Of a stretch of 64,000 bases of DNA, positions 1 through 9,436 are shown piece by piece. Within the stretch, counting starts at the first letter, position 1; every line of letters starts with the position of its first letter. Source of the stretch: a bacterium (lineage in GTDB: Bacteria; Hinthialibacterota; Hinthialibacteria; Hinthialibacterales; Hinthialibacteraceae); the NCBI GenBank assembly GCA_963662285.2, contig CAXXMV010000003.1, forward strand, positions 256,001 to 320,000, read 5' to 3'. A program made the translations under genes and the position numbers. Below the pieces are notes generated by a model. The model searched no databases, was not told where the DNA came from, and saw nothing but the letters and a program-made list of their open reading frames with translations.

Positions 1-120
1 CGCACTAATAGATAAAAAACTCTTTCTTATAATCGCCATAGATTATACGGTCGTAACGATAGGTCGTACTAGGGATGAAGGTAATAAATCCACAAATCAT
101 AATGAGGGCATTCCAGCCGA

Positions 121-1095
121 TTATTTCTTACTCCAATTAGTATGAGGAGCACGGTTTTCAATAAACCAGCCATACAACAATTTAGAGTAAGTTTGCTTCT
201 TGATCCCGTGTCTCTCATACAATGGCTCTAATAAGTGATGAACCATAGGCAGGTTATAAAAGGGAATTCCTGGAAAATAGTGGTGTTCCAGATGATAATT
301 GGAATTAAGAAATACAAAATCCCACAAAAAACTCCCTTTCATTAGCGTTGACCATTGGGCGACGTCATCAGGATTAACATTATAGTGCTGCCCCAGCCGA
401 TTAAGGGTGAATGCGACCGGAAAAACAAAAAAATATGGAATCAAATAGACTTTCAGCAATATCCACCCGCCGCCCAGCCAGCCAATGATAACCATAATAA
501 CCAAATGAATGCTAATAGTAATAAGTCGCTCTGCTTTGATGGCAGCGCGTAGTTGCTCTGGATATCTACTCACTTCTTTAGCGGCGGCGCTGAAATATTT
601 ATAGAATAAAAATGGCGTAGCATAAAGCAGTTTATACCATCGCTTATTAATTTTAGGAGTCAAGTGAGCGCGTTTGGGATCATCGCTTGAAGAGCCAAGT
701 TCTGCGTGATGATCCAGATGCCACCGCTTAAACTGGGTCTGAGAAATCCCACTGGGCAGTGCGTATAACCAACCCAGTATACGGTCTAATCTTTTATTCT
801 TTTTAGGCAAAACCAAATTGTGAATAACTTCATGCAGTAAAATAGTGAAATCAAATATTATAAATCCCAGCCCGATAGAGCAGGGCAGCCAATAAAACCA
901 ACGATCCGACATAAGAATAACGGCAATGCACAGTCCCGCTAATATTATCTGCCGGGCCGTAACCATAAAATGCCTGACAGATGAACATCGATGCAACTCT
1001 TGAACAACATCATGAGGAATAGCATCACGCAATTCACCCTTAAAATCACCGATGTGTTGATAATAGTAATGTTTTTTATTCTGTAAGTTTTCCAT
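121..1095 (-). CDS. Fatty acid desaturase family protein
   Basis: Three His boxes (HEVIH, HLDHH, HLEHH) and hydrophobic segments. Confidence 0.9.
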   Translation of the reverse strand: MENLQNKKHYYYQHIGDFKGELRDAIPHDVVQELHRCSSVRHFMVTARQIILAGLCIAVILMSDRWFYWLPCSIGLGFIIFDFTILLHEVIHNLVLPKKNKRLDRILGWLYALPSGISQTQFKRWHLDHHAELGSSSDDPKRAHLTPKINKRWYKLLYATPFLFYKYFSAAAKEVSRYPEQLRAAIKAERLITISIHLVIMVIIGWLGGGWILLKVYLIPYFFVFPVAFTLNRLGQHYNVNPDDVAQWSTLMKGSFLWDFVFLNSNYHLEHHYFPGIPFYNLPMVHHLLEPLYERHGIKKQTYSKLLYGWFIENRAPHTNWSKK

Positions 1096-1199
1096 TTTAA
1101 CAATAAATTATAAAACAGATAAACATCTTTGCAAGAAAATGCAGTAAGCCAGTTTGGAAAATCCTACTTGATATAATGCCGGGAAAAATCCACCAATGC

Positions 1200-1228
1200 G
1201 TAGGATGGGTCAGCCTCACCGACCCATC
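1200..1228 (+). repeat. GTAG-type REP-like palindrome
   Basis: gtag-gatgggtc...gacccatc; related to copies at 15640, 19825 and 51757. Confidence 0.7.
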
Positions 1229-1240
1229 AAAAATCCACTC

Positions 1241-2218
1241 CTACTTCGGAAACAACAGATCAACATCGCACTTCTTTTTCTTCTTCATACTCGTCGTTTC
1301 TATCCCCTGAGAGACGGTAGCTTTCCGTACGCAAGGCGCCGACAACATAATGGCTTTGGGATCAATCTCTTCCAATTCGAGTCTACTAAGCGCCGCCCGG
1401 CAATATTCTGGATTCAGGTCGATGCCGATATAATTGCGCCCCAGCGCTTCAGCCGCCACGCAGGCGGCCCCGGTTCCATTGAACATATCCAATACGATAT
1501 CGCCTTCAAATCCGGCTTCGACGCATCGGCCAAAGCTATACATCATGATCAACCGCTGCGGTAATGATACCGGAAAAGGGCAGGGATGCCCGCCGGATCG
1601 TTTAATGTCAGCTGGATATATCGGCCATACCTGCATAGTCAGGTTGCGCCATTCTTCCTGAGTAATCCTGCTGGCTTCCTTTGCTTCTTTTTCAATGCCC
1701 GGAGGCGCTCCTTCTTTAACGAAAACATTAATAAATTCTATAGTGTTATCTTCATATAAATTAGGCGGATAAGGATAACTGCCGAACATCTTAACCGTGG
1801 TCTGCTTTTGCCAGACGAACAAACTATATCGATTAAATCCTTCAAGATTACTCAATATGGATTGCTCAATATCGCTGCTGATATTCTTAAGATGCCGCGT
1901 GTGCTGATCATTGATAATCTTTTTAGGAATCGGCATAATCGGCGTCACAATTGCCAACTTCCCGTTAGGTATCAAAATCCGCTGCGTCTCGCGCCAAATC
2001 TCCAGCAGGTCGCTGATATAGGTTTCGTAATCAGTATGCCCCAACTGCCCGGCATGGTCGTAATCGATCACGTCCCAATAGGGTGGACTGGTAACCGCCA
2101 GCGCCACGCACTGATCCGGCAGACGCCGTAAGGTCTTCAATGTGTCCGCTTGAATAACCTGATTGACGAATTCTTGCGGCCAGTTATCTTGATTTGGAAT
2201 ACGGTGGTTTTGATTCAT
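1241..2218 (-). CDS. Site-specific DNA methyltransferase, beta class (N4-C/N6-A)
   Basis: Catalytic motif VTSPPY precedes HPCPFP and the SAM-binding DMFNGTG...YIGIDLN. Confidence 0.9.
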   Translation of the reverse strand: MNQNHRIPNQDNWPQEFVNQVIQADTLKTLRRLPDQCVALAVTSPPYWDVIDYDHAGQLGHTDYETYISDLLEIWRETQRILIPNGKLAIVTPIMPIPKKIINDQHTRHLKNISSDIEQSILSNLEGFNRYSLFVWQKQTTVKMFGSYPYPPNLYEDNTIEFINVFVKEGAPPGIEKEAKEASRITQEEWRNLTMQVWPIYPADIKRSGGHPCPFPVSLPQRLIMMYSFGRCVEAGFEGDIVLDMFNGTGAACVAAEALGRNYIGIDLNPEYCRAALSRLELEEIDPKAIMLSAPCVRKATVSQGIETTSMKKKKKCDVDLLFPK

Positions 2219-2233
2219 TTGATGTAAGATAAT

Positions 2234-3421
2234 TTAGTTTTTATCAAGGGATTTCATATAAATATATGTGCGGGTAAGCCAGTCGCGGAAAATATATTCT
2301 CCACGCTGACGTTGAGTTATTACATTCAGTTTCTTCATGCGTTGAATAAAATTATCAAACTTTCTCTTTTCATTTTCATTCAGTTTTTTTACAATATCAC
2401 TTTTTTTGAAACTCAATTCAAGGCGATCTTCAGCAATCTTTTTTAGTATTCTATGATAATCCTGACTTTGAAGCGCTTTATAAACTTGTTGATCAACAAA
2501 TTTTCTTCCAACTTCTTCTGATGCTGCAACTACCGCTCTTTGAGCAACATCTTTATTGATGAAATTACTGTCCGTTATCCAAAACGCCGCTTCACCAAGT
2601 AAATGCAGTAATTTTGGCAGACCTCCTGAATATTTTGATAATATTTTCAGAGCGTTTTCATCAAGTTTCATATCTACTTTGTTGAATGCATTAAGAAAAA
2701 ATTCATTGCTCTCTTCGTTGCTCATTATTTCGATCTGCGATATTTCAAATATTCGCTCCACTGGCTGGTGCTTTTCAACGATGGTTCTATATTTTTCATC
2801 CGTACCGCACAGGATTAATAATAACGGTAGTGGAGAAGCGCTTATGGCATTTTCATCAACCATAGATTTTATAAATTGAGCGAATTTTGATTGGTTGGAG
2901 ATGCCGTTTATCTCATCAAATACCAGGATAATTCCATTGTATTCGTCTTGAATTCTTTTATATATTTCGCCAAGAAAAGCCAGGAAGCCTTCCCGAATAT
3001 CAGGTGAATCCTTTTTTAATTTATCCAGTTTAATAGATATGCCAAAAAGAGATTGCTCTCCAATATAGGTAGATAAAAAATCTTGGATTTTCTCAGCGAC
3101 GGTTGGTTTTGAAATTTTAGACTGAATGATTGTCTGCACTACGGAAGCCGTCATTTCATCCAAAGAATCCTTGCCGCCCAGCATCACATGATAACTTAAT
3201 AGTTTATATTTCTCTTCGGCCAGAACGCTGCTATATTTAGCCAGTGATGTTTTCCCGATGCCATATTCACCCATAATAAAAACTGCTTGCGGTTTTCCAG
3301 TTGCCACTTGTGAAGCAGCGCGGGATATACGTTGAATTTCGGTCTTCCGACCCACAAAAAGATCAACCGGAACCGGCAATCCCGGATAAAATGGACTCTG
3401 ACCCTTTTCTTCAAAATTCAT
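2234..3421 (-). CDS. P-loop ATPase (AAA_16/ATPase_2, archaeal-type, STAND-like) with probable C-terminal winged helix
   Basis: PF.PG.P...FVGR.E N-terminus, Walker A GEYGIGKTS, Walker B LVFDE, SGGLP motif; RBS gaggag. Confidence 0.85.
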   Translation of the reverse strand: MNFEEKGQSPFYPGLPVPVDLFVGRKTEIQRISRAASQVATGKPQAVFIMGEYGIGKTSLAKYSSVLAEEKYKLLSYHVMLGGKDSLDEMTASVVQTIIQSKISKPTVAEKIQDFLSTYIGEQSLFGISIKLDKLKKDSPDIREGFLAFLGEIYKRIQDEYNGIILVFDEINGISNQSKFAQFIKSMVDENAISASPLPLLLILCGTDEKYRTIVEKHQPVERIFEISQIEIMSNEESNEFFLNAFNKVDMKLDENALKILSKYSGGLPKLLHLLGEAAFWITDSNFINKDVAQRAVVAASEEVGRKFVDQQVYKALQSQDYHRILKKIAEDRLELSFKKSDIVKKLNENEKRKFDNFIQRMKKLNVITQRQRGEYIFRDWLTRTYIYMKSLDKN

Positions 3422-3432
3422 GATATCTCCTC

Positions 3433-3472
3433 AAAAAATAAGAACGGCATCCAAAACAAGGATACCGTTCTT
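3433..3472 (-). terminator. Intrinsic terminator immediately upstream of the ATPase RBS
   Basis: Minus strand: aagaacggtatcc-ttgtttt-ggatgccgttctt followed by atttttt. Confidence 0.7.
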
Positions 3473-3505
3473 TGATAGATTAATAAACGGGTGAGGGGTA
3501 ATCTA

Positions 3506-3531
3506 GTAGGGTGCGCCCCTTGTGGGCGCCC
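3506..3531 (+). repeat. GTAG-type REP-like palindrome (gggcgccc subtype)
   Basis: gtagggtgcgccccttgtgggcgccc; near-identical copy at 46624-46648. Confidence 0.75.
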
Positions 3532-3558
3532 TGTTTGATGCAACAACTCCAAAATCCC

Positions 3559-4512
3559 CTAAGCTTCTTCCCACTGTTGCTTAAGATAAGCAATCGACTT
3601 GGGCATTTCCGAAAGTTTGTTCTGTTCGCCAGCGTCTTGTCCCTTGGCTGGACCATTGCATCCACATTCAAAACTGCAATAATCCTGATATCCGATATCT
3701 TTCAATGCGCGGAAACCGGCGCGGAAATCATCGCCGTCGCGGAAGGAATCGTTTTTGTCGAATCCCGGTTGTTGACGGTGGGGACGGCTGGCCAGGTGAA
3801 CGTGATGCAGCCATTTACGACCCGCTAGGAATCCGGCGTAATCGTCGGCTTCTTCATAACCCATGTGATAAAAATCACCCATCAGGCAGCAATAGGGATT
3901 ATCCACTTCCTTGCAGATCTGCGCGGCGTCCGCAATCTGCCGGACATACCAGGTCTCTTTGCGGTTCAATGGTTCCAGGAGAAGACGGCATTTAACTTGT
4001 TCAGCATATTCAGATATTTCTTTAAGAAAATCAATCAGCATATAACGTCCCGCCACGATACCCGCTTGCGACTGTCCGTTGAAGGCAGGAACGTAAATCA
4101 AACCGGTGGATTTTAATTCACCAGCCGCTTCCAGGATGCGCTTCATTGATTCCATGGCCTGCTTGCGCATATCAGGATTTTCAGATGAAGGAGCGCCTTG
4201 GAATCCGGCGCAGATAGCGCTTATTTTCATATTACGGCCTTGCAGCGCCTTCTGATATGATTCCACTCTTTCCCACAATTTGCCGCCCCATGGTTCAAGA
4301 CCAACCAATCCCTGGGCTTCCATGAAATCAAGTTTTTCCGTCAACGATTTCCCCGGCATAGGCCCTTCTTGCGACGAAAGCTTTAATTCTGCATCTTTAC
4401 CTGTCTGGTTCAAATTAACGCTGGAAGCAGCCGAAGCGGTTTTGGCGGTCATGGCTAATCCAGCGCCAGCCAAGGCGCTGCCTGCGATAAAAGTTCTACG
4501 GGTTTGAGACAT
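3559..4512 (-). CDS. Sugar phosphate isomerase/epimerase (xylose isomerase-like TIM barrel) with Tat signal
   Basis: TRRTFI twin-arginine motif; EPLNRKE, GDFYHM, HVHLA and SFEC metal-binding motifs. Confidence 0.85.
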   Translation of the reverse strand: MSQTRRTFIAGSALAGAGLAMTAKTASAASSVNLNQTGKDAELKLSSQEGPMPGKSLTEKLDFMEAQGLVGLEPWGGKLWERVESYQKALQGRNMKISAICAGFQGAPSSENPDMRKQAMESMKRILEAAGELKSTGLIYVPAFNGQSQAGIVAGRYMLIDFLKEISEYAEQVKCRLLLEPLNRKETWYVRQIADAAQICKEVDNPYCCLMGDFYHMGYEEADDYAGFLAGRKWLHHVHLASRPHRQQPGFDKNDSFRDGDDFRAGFRALKDIGYQDYCSFECGCNGPAKGQDAGEQNKLSEMPKSIAYLKQQWEEA

Positions 4513-4550
4513 TAGTTATTCTCCATTATCAGTATATTTTTTGTTAGTTG

Positions 4551-5525
4551 CTATTTAATCCATCGCGCAACATCGGGAGCATGATAAGTCAAAATAAAAT
4601 CCGCTCCCGCTCGTTTGAAAGATATCATATTTTCCATCACAACGCGCTTTTCATCAATCCATCCGCGCTCTGCAGCGGCTTTTACTTGTGCATACTCGCC
4701 GCTCACGTTGTATACCGCCAACGGAGCATCAAACCGGCTGCGTAGATCACGCAGAATATCTAAATAAGGCAGACCCGGTTTTACCATCAGTATATCGGCC
4801 CCTTCATCCAGGTCTAATTCGGCTTGACGCAACGCCTCCAGACGGTTGGGTGGATCCATTTGATGCGAGCGTCGGTCTCCAAATGACGGCGCTGATTCAG
4901 CTGCATCCCGGAATGGCCCGTAATAACCGGACGAATACTTAACCGAATAAGACATGATCGGCAGATATTCAAAACCTGCGTTATCCAGTTCATTACGGAT
5001 AATAGCAACCCGTCCATCCATCATATCCGACGGCGCCGCCATATCGCACCCGGCCTTGGCATGAGCCACTGCCTCTTTGGCAAGCAATTCAACCGATTCA
5101 TCATTCAGGATGTTTTCACCATCCAACACCCCGCAATGTCCATGACTGGTATATTCACACAGACAGATATCGGTTATCACCACCAGCGTCTTGCAGACTT
5201 TTTTGATCTCACGAACCGCTTGCGCAATAATGCCGTCTTCTGCATACGCCTGCGTCCCCTGCGCGTCTTTCTTCTCTGGAATGCCGAACAGAATCACAGC
5301 TGGGATGCCCATATCCTCAATCTTCTTGCATTCCCCTCCTATCAGATCGACGCCGTACTGGAAGCAATCGGGCATAGAGGCAATTGGCTTCATGGCGCCT
5401 CGCTGATATGTCACAAACATGGGATAAACCAGGTCGTCTAACCGTACATGATTCTCCCGAACCATGTCGCGGATGCGGCTGTTCATGCGCAGCCGCCTTG
5501 GACGATGAGTAAAATCGTATTGCAT
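4551..5525 (-). CDS. hemB: Porphobilinogen synthase (ALA dehydratase)
   Basis: RPRRLR, DICLCEYTSHGHCG, APSDMMDGRV, YGPFRDAA, MVKPG, YNVSGEY. Confidence 0.98.
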   Translation of the reverse strand: MQYDFTHRPRRLRMNSRIRDMVRENHVRLDDLVYPMFVTYQRGAMKPIASMPDCFQYGVDLIGGECKKIEDMGIPAVILFGIPEKKDAQGTQAYAEDGIIAQAVREIKKVCKTLVVITDICLCEYTSHGHCGVLDGENILNDESVELLAKEAVAHAKAGCDMAAPSDMMDGRVAIIRNELDNAGFEYLPIMSYSVKYSSGYYGPFRDAAESAPSFGDRRSHQMDPPNRLEALRQAELDLDEGADILMVKPGLPYLDILRDLRSRFDAPLAVYNVSGEYAQVKAAAERGWIDEKRVVMENMISFKRAGADFILTYHAPDVARWIK

Positions 5526-5535
5526 GGCAACCCTC

Positions 5536-6429
5536 TTAACTTCTCCAGGCCAGTTTGGTTACTTGCCCGTTCATATCCATATTGCCGCCGATAGCATGCA
5601 TGGTGAATTGAGCGCCTTGAGCATCCACATCAACTTCCATCCATCCGATAGGCTGCGAATCGTTAAAATTATAAGCCACCGCTGGAAGATTAATCATCTG
5701 AATCCCTAAACGATCTTGAATTTCCCAGGCATGAGAATGTCCATATACAATGGCTTTAACTTTCCTGGATGGAACAATAATAGAGAATAAGCGGTCGGCG
5801 TCCAACAGTGATCCATCCGAATCGCGTAGATCATGATGGAAGAAAAGTATGGTCGGTCTGTCATCAGAGGATTTCAAATATTCCCGCAGCCAGTTGCGCT
5901 GCTCTTTACCGATCAATCCCGATACCCGGTTTGAAAATAGCATTGAATCCAAAAGTATGAATCGCACTTGGGGCTGCTCGATAACCAATACATGCTTGCC
6001 GCCCGGTTTATGGTTTACGCCGGGATGCTCCTTAAAAGCGTTACGGAAATTTTCCCGGTGATCATGATTGCCCAACGCCATGCCCAGCGGCATCTTCTCA
6101 ATCAATGGATCAGCCAGGGTTTTCAGCGCCGCGTAATCTCCCGCGAAGCCTTCCAATCTCGCCAGGTCGCCGGTAATCAAAGCCCCTTCCACATCAGAAG
6201 CAATAACTTCAGCCACGGCCTGCTTCATATTATCAAACGGACGGAATCCCCGGTATTCATTGGATGGATCGCGTGGAACGTGAATATCAGATAAAAACGC
6301 CCATTTGGTTGATTTCGACTCTTGCGCCGCACTGCTGGAACTCTTCAGCACCGTCAGCGCTCCAATACCCGCCAAAGTACTGCTCAGGAACTGTCGTCGA
6401 TTCTGTTTTGAATTTATCAGAACTGACAT
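5536..6429 (-). CDS. Calcineurin-like metallophosphoesterase with Tat signal
   Basis: NRRQFL; SDIH, TGDL, GNHD, FHH and GHSH motifs. Confidence 0.9.
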   Translation of the reverse strand: MSVLINSKQNRRQFLSSTLAGIGALTVLKSSSSAAQESKSTKWAFLSDIHVPRDPSNEYRGFRPFDNMKQAVAEVIASDVEGALITGDLARLEGFAGDYAALKTLADPLIEKMPLGMALGNHDHRENFRNAFKEHPGVNHKPGGKHVLVIEQPQVRFILLDSMLFSNRVSGLIGKEQRNWLREYLKSSDDRPTILFFHHDLRDSDGSLLDADRLFSIIVPSRKVKAIVYGHSHAWEIQDRLGIQMINLPAVAYNFNDSQPIGWMEVDVDAQGAQFTMHAIGGNMDMNGQVTKLAWRS

Positions 6430-6515
6430 TGTATAATCCTTTCTGCAATAATGCCTGGTACTCTATCTAAATAACTTTAAATGTCGGATAACCCTATCCC
6501 CTCTCCCCCCGGGAG

Positions 6516-8021
6516 TGTAAAGGCCTGGGACATGGGTAACAGGTGTTCGGGGACATAGGTAACACATTTTCTGAGTGTATTCTAGCCTTGAAAGGAGGCG
6601 AAGAATATGCCCTGGAACGAGGTGGACCTTATGTCTCTGAGAAAAGAATTCGTATTGTTGAGCCAGCAAGAAGAAAGCAACATCAGCCAATTATGTAAAC
6701 GGTTTGATATCAGCCGTAAGACGGGTTACAAATGGATCAAACGGTACAAAGAAGGAGGAGGCGAAAATCTCCAAGACCGTTCCAAAAAACCCAATACTTG
6801 CCCTCATCAAACAGATAAGTCTATCGAGCAAGCCATTACAGAAAATCGCGAAAAAGGATGGGGAGGACGCAAAATTCGCTCTCGTCTGATTCAATTGGGA
6901 TACGAAAATGTTCCTAGCGCCAGCACTATTACTGCCGTGTTACGCCGACTGGGATTGCTGGATGAAAAGGAAAGTCACAAGCACAAAGCCTATAAGCGTT
7001 TTGAAAAAGATACGCCCAACGAATTGTGGCAAATGGATTTCAAAGGAGATTTTCCCACGCTCAAAGCACGCTGTTATCCGCTCAGCATTCTGGATGATTG
7101 CACGCGCTTTGTTCCCGGATTATTTTCGTGCGCCAATCAGCAAAGGGAAACCGTGCAAGACTCCCTGGAAAGCGTGTTCAGGATGTATGGTATGCCTCGG
7201 GCGATGTTGATGGATAACGGAAGTCCGTGGGGAGGATGCAAAACCTGCGAATACACCAGATTGACAATATGGCTGATACGATTGGGTATTCGCGTGTATC
7301 ACGGTCGCCCCTACCATCCGCAAACCCAAGGCAAGGTCGAGCGATTTCACCGGACCTTTAAGCAAGAATTGCTGATAAGGGAATCGTTTGTGGATTTGGA
7401 ATATTGCCAAAGGCGGTTTGATGAGTGGCGTTATGAATACAATTTTGAGCGTCCTCACGAAGCCCTGGATATGGATGTCCCGGCTAACCATTATACGTCC
7501 AGTCCTTTTGTTTATCCGGGAAGTTTGCCGGATATCGAGTACGCGCCGGGCAGCATTATCAGGAAGGTGCAACAAGGAGGTCGGGTGGCGTACCGTGGTG
7601 AAGATTACCGGGTGAGCCGCGCCCTGGTAGGATGCCCGGTTGCCTTGAAACCCGCTATGACCGATGGGATGATGGACGTATATTTTTGCCGACAAAAAAT
7701 CAAGACGCTCGATCTGCGTTTGAATGAAATCAAAGAAGATAACTTGGCAATCCAGAAAAAGGCGTCACAATAGAAATTGGTTGGGCGAAACGGAAGCGGG
7801 CGCTGCAGGAGTGCAACCCGCCAGGGATAGCCGATCCGAGGTGCGAGGGATAATGCAGGAGGTGAAATATTCACCTCCTCCCTCTAAGCCAACCAATTAT
7901 CCTGAGCATCTCTAGATGCCTAAAAAAAAACTCAAACAATAACCTGGGATAAATCCGGTTTTGATAAAAAACTGTAACCCATGTCCCCGAACATGTGTTA
8001 CCCATCTACCCGGTCTGTACA
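6516..8021 (+). mobile_element. IS481-family insertion sequence, complete, with GGGAG target duplication
   Basis: TGT...ACA ends; ~50-bp imperfect terminal inverted repeats (tgtaaaggcctgggacatgggtaacaggtgttcggggacataggtaaca vs reverse complement of right end tgtacagaccgggtagatgggtaacacatgttcggggacatgggttaca); gggag at 6511-6515 and 8022-8026. Confidence 0.93.
6607..7773 (+). CDS. IS481-family DDE transposase
   Basis: MPW start, HTH ISRKTGYKW, WQMDFKG, DNGSPW, HPQTQGKVERFH, YNFERPHEAL. Confidence 0.95.
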   Translation: MPWNEVDLMSLRKEFVLLSQQEESNISQLCKRFDISRKTGYKWIKRYKEGGGENLQDRSKKPNTCPHQTDKSIEQAITENREKGWGGRKIRSRLIQLGYENVPSASTITAVLRRLGLLDEKESHKHKAYKRFEKDTPNELWQMDFKGDFPTLKARCYPLSILDDCTRFVPGLFSCANQQRETVQDSLESVFRMYGMPRAMLMDNGSPWGGCKTCEYTRLTIWLIRLGIRVYHGRPYHPQTQGKVERFHRTFKQELLIRESFVDLEYCQRRFDEWRYEYNFERPHEALDMDVPANHYTSSPFVYPGSLPDIEYAPGSIIRKVQQGGRVAYRGEDYRVSRALVGCPVALKPAMTDGMMDVYFCRQKIKTLDLRLNEIKEDNLAIQKKASQ

Positions 8022-8123
8022 GGGAGAGGGCTAGGGTGAGGGATATTTAAAAATCACTTATTACTCTTAATGCGTGGGCGCCAAGGGCAAGACCGCATTA
8101 CGGTCAGCCCTTGATTAAACCAC
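8022..8123 (+). repeat. Composite repeat (right half of CCCTCTCCC-type REP plus nested hairpin), copy 1
   Basis: gggagagggctagggtgaggg...gggcgccaagggcaagaccgcattacggtcagcccttgat; direct repeat at 9266-9369. Confidence 0.8.
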
Positions 8124-8194
8124 TCAAGAGAGATTATAAAACAAATTATATAACCTCATACTGATTATCAATGTCGGGTATTCAAGGTAGTTTT

Positions 8195-9063
8195 TTATTT
8201 CGCCGCTTTAACCTTGTTCTTAATCGTTCCCAATCCTTCAATACTGACAATCATCAGATCTCCAGCATGGGCTGGAAGCGCTTCGGTTGTTGCAGTGAAA
8301 ATAACGTCGCCCGGATCCAAAGAATAAACATGCGATAAATCGCTGACGATCTTTTCTGGAGTATAGGCCAGGTTGGAAGTGTTATGGCTATAAGTAATTT
8401 CCTTGCCGGTTGAAGGAGTGATAACTTTAAGGGTTCGTTCACGGTTGCGCCAATCCGCGCCTTTGTGAATGAACGGTCCATAAGGGGCGAAACCGTCGCA
8501 TTGCTTCAAACCAAAAACCAACAGTACTTCTTCCTGATCCAGAGGCTCTCCAACTACGCGATGATATGAAGTGACATCGCCCACGATATCATTGCCAACC
8601 GTATAACCGAAGATCGCTTCTTTGGCTTCAGCAATTGAACCGTCTTTGATCCTCTTGCCAATAACAATAACCAGTTCGGTTTCAACATTTATTGTATCCA
8701 GAGAACCGGGCAGCACTACATCTTCACCGGGAGAGGCGGCGGTGGTTGGCGGTTTCAGGAACCAGCGTATGGTTTTAAGCGGTTTTTTGCCGTCAGTCCA
8801 GTTATCTTTATAAGCGCCGGATAGGCCGATCACTTTTTTCGGCTCGCTGGGATGCAGCAGTTTTACTTTATCAACGGATATTGTATGTCCCGTCTCTTTC
8901 CCCCGGCCCAAGGCGCAGCGCATAACTGGTGAATTACATCTCCATCAGCCCGTCCATAAAAAACGCCGGCATCTGTCTGATAGCGGCAATAAACCTCGCT
9001 GCTCCAGGCGCCCATGGCCAACACGCAGAACAATACTGATAAAAACATCATTTTTCGAGTCAT
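8195..9063 (-). CDS. Fumarylacetoacetate hydrolase family protein with signal peptide, split by a -1 frameshift at ~8896-8902
   Basis: ORF 8863-9063 (signal peptide and N-domain ending ..APWAGGK) joins ORF 8195-8923 (ETGHTI...FLKPP, ETELVIVIG, GYTVGND) at G GGA AAG. Confidence 0.8.
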
Positions 9064-9160
9064 TATTCGTCCCCTTTATGTGTTTATGAATTATGGCAAA
9101 TCTATAAATCCTACCATAATAATGTACCCATTGATAACAAGATTCTCATTAATTACCAAA

Positions 9161-9197
9161 TCCTCCCCCCAAGCCTGGGGGAGTCAGAGGGGGGTTG
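9161..9197 (+). repeat. CCCCCAAGCCTGGGGG-type REP-like palindrome
   Basis: tcctccccccaagcctgggggagtcagagggggg; relatives at 29645, 34241 and 38402. Confidence 0.75.
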
Positions 9198-9252
9198 AGT
9201 TTCGATGATTCATTCCCCTTCTAATCAAATACCATTAACTAAAGCGCATCAT

Positions 9253-9369
9253 CCCCTCTCCCGCCGGGAGAGGGCTAGGGTGAGGGGGATTTTAATACAA
9301 CCTATTTTAATGAAATAGCAGGGCGCCAAGGGCAAGAGCGCATTGCGCTCAGCCCTTGATCGAACCACC
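9253..9369 (+). repeat. Composite repeat (intact CCCTCTCCC-type REP plus nested hairpin), copy 2
   Basis: cccctctcccgccgggagagggctagggtgaggg...gggcgccaagggcaagagcgcattgcgctcagcccttgat. Confidence 0.8.
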
Positions 9370-9436
9370 AATGATTGTGCAAAATTACTTAAATTAATGA
9401 CATTCCTGTTTTTCCCATGCTTCTAGTATCTCTATA

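Noticed and set aside
1-39. Possible start of a minus-strand gene (MAIIRKSFLSISA) running off the window
   Set aside because: Only 13 codons are visible; it cannot be supported
1241-3421. Complete type II restriction-modification system
   Set aside because: No recognisable PD-(D/E)xK, HNH or GIY-YIG nuclease nearby
7120-7695. Long antisense or overlapping ORFs (7120-7695, 28150-28713, 38645-39094, 60370-60855 and others)
   Set aside because: They shadow well-supported genes and have no motifs or RBS
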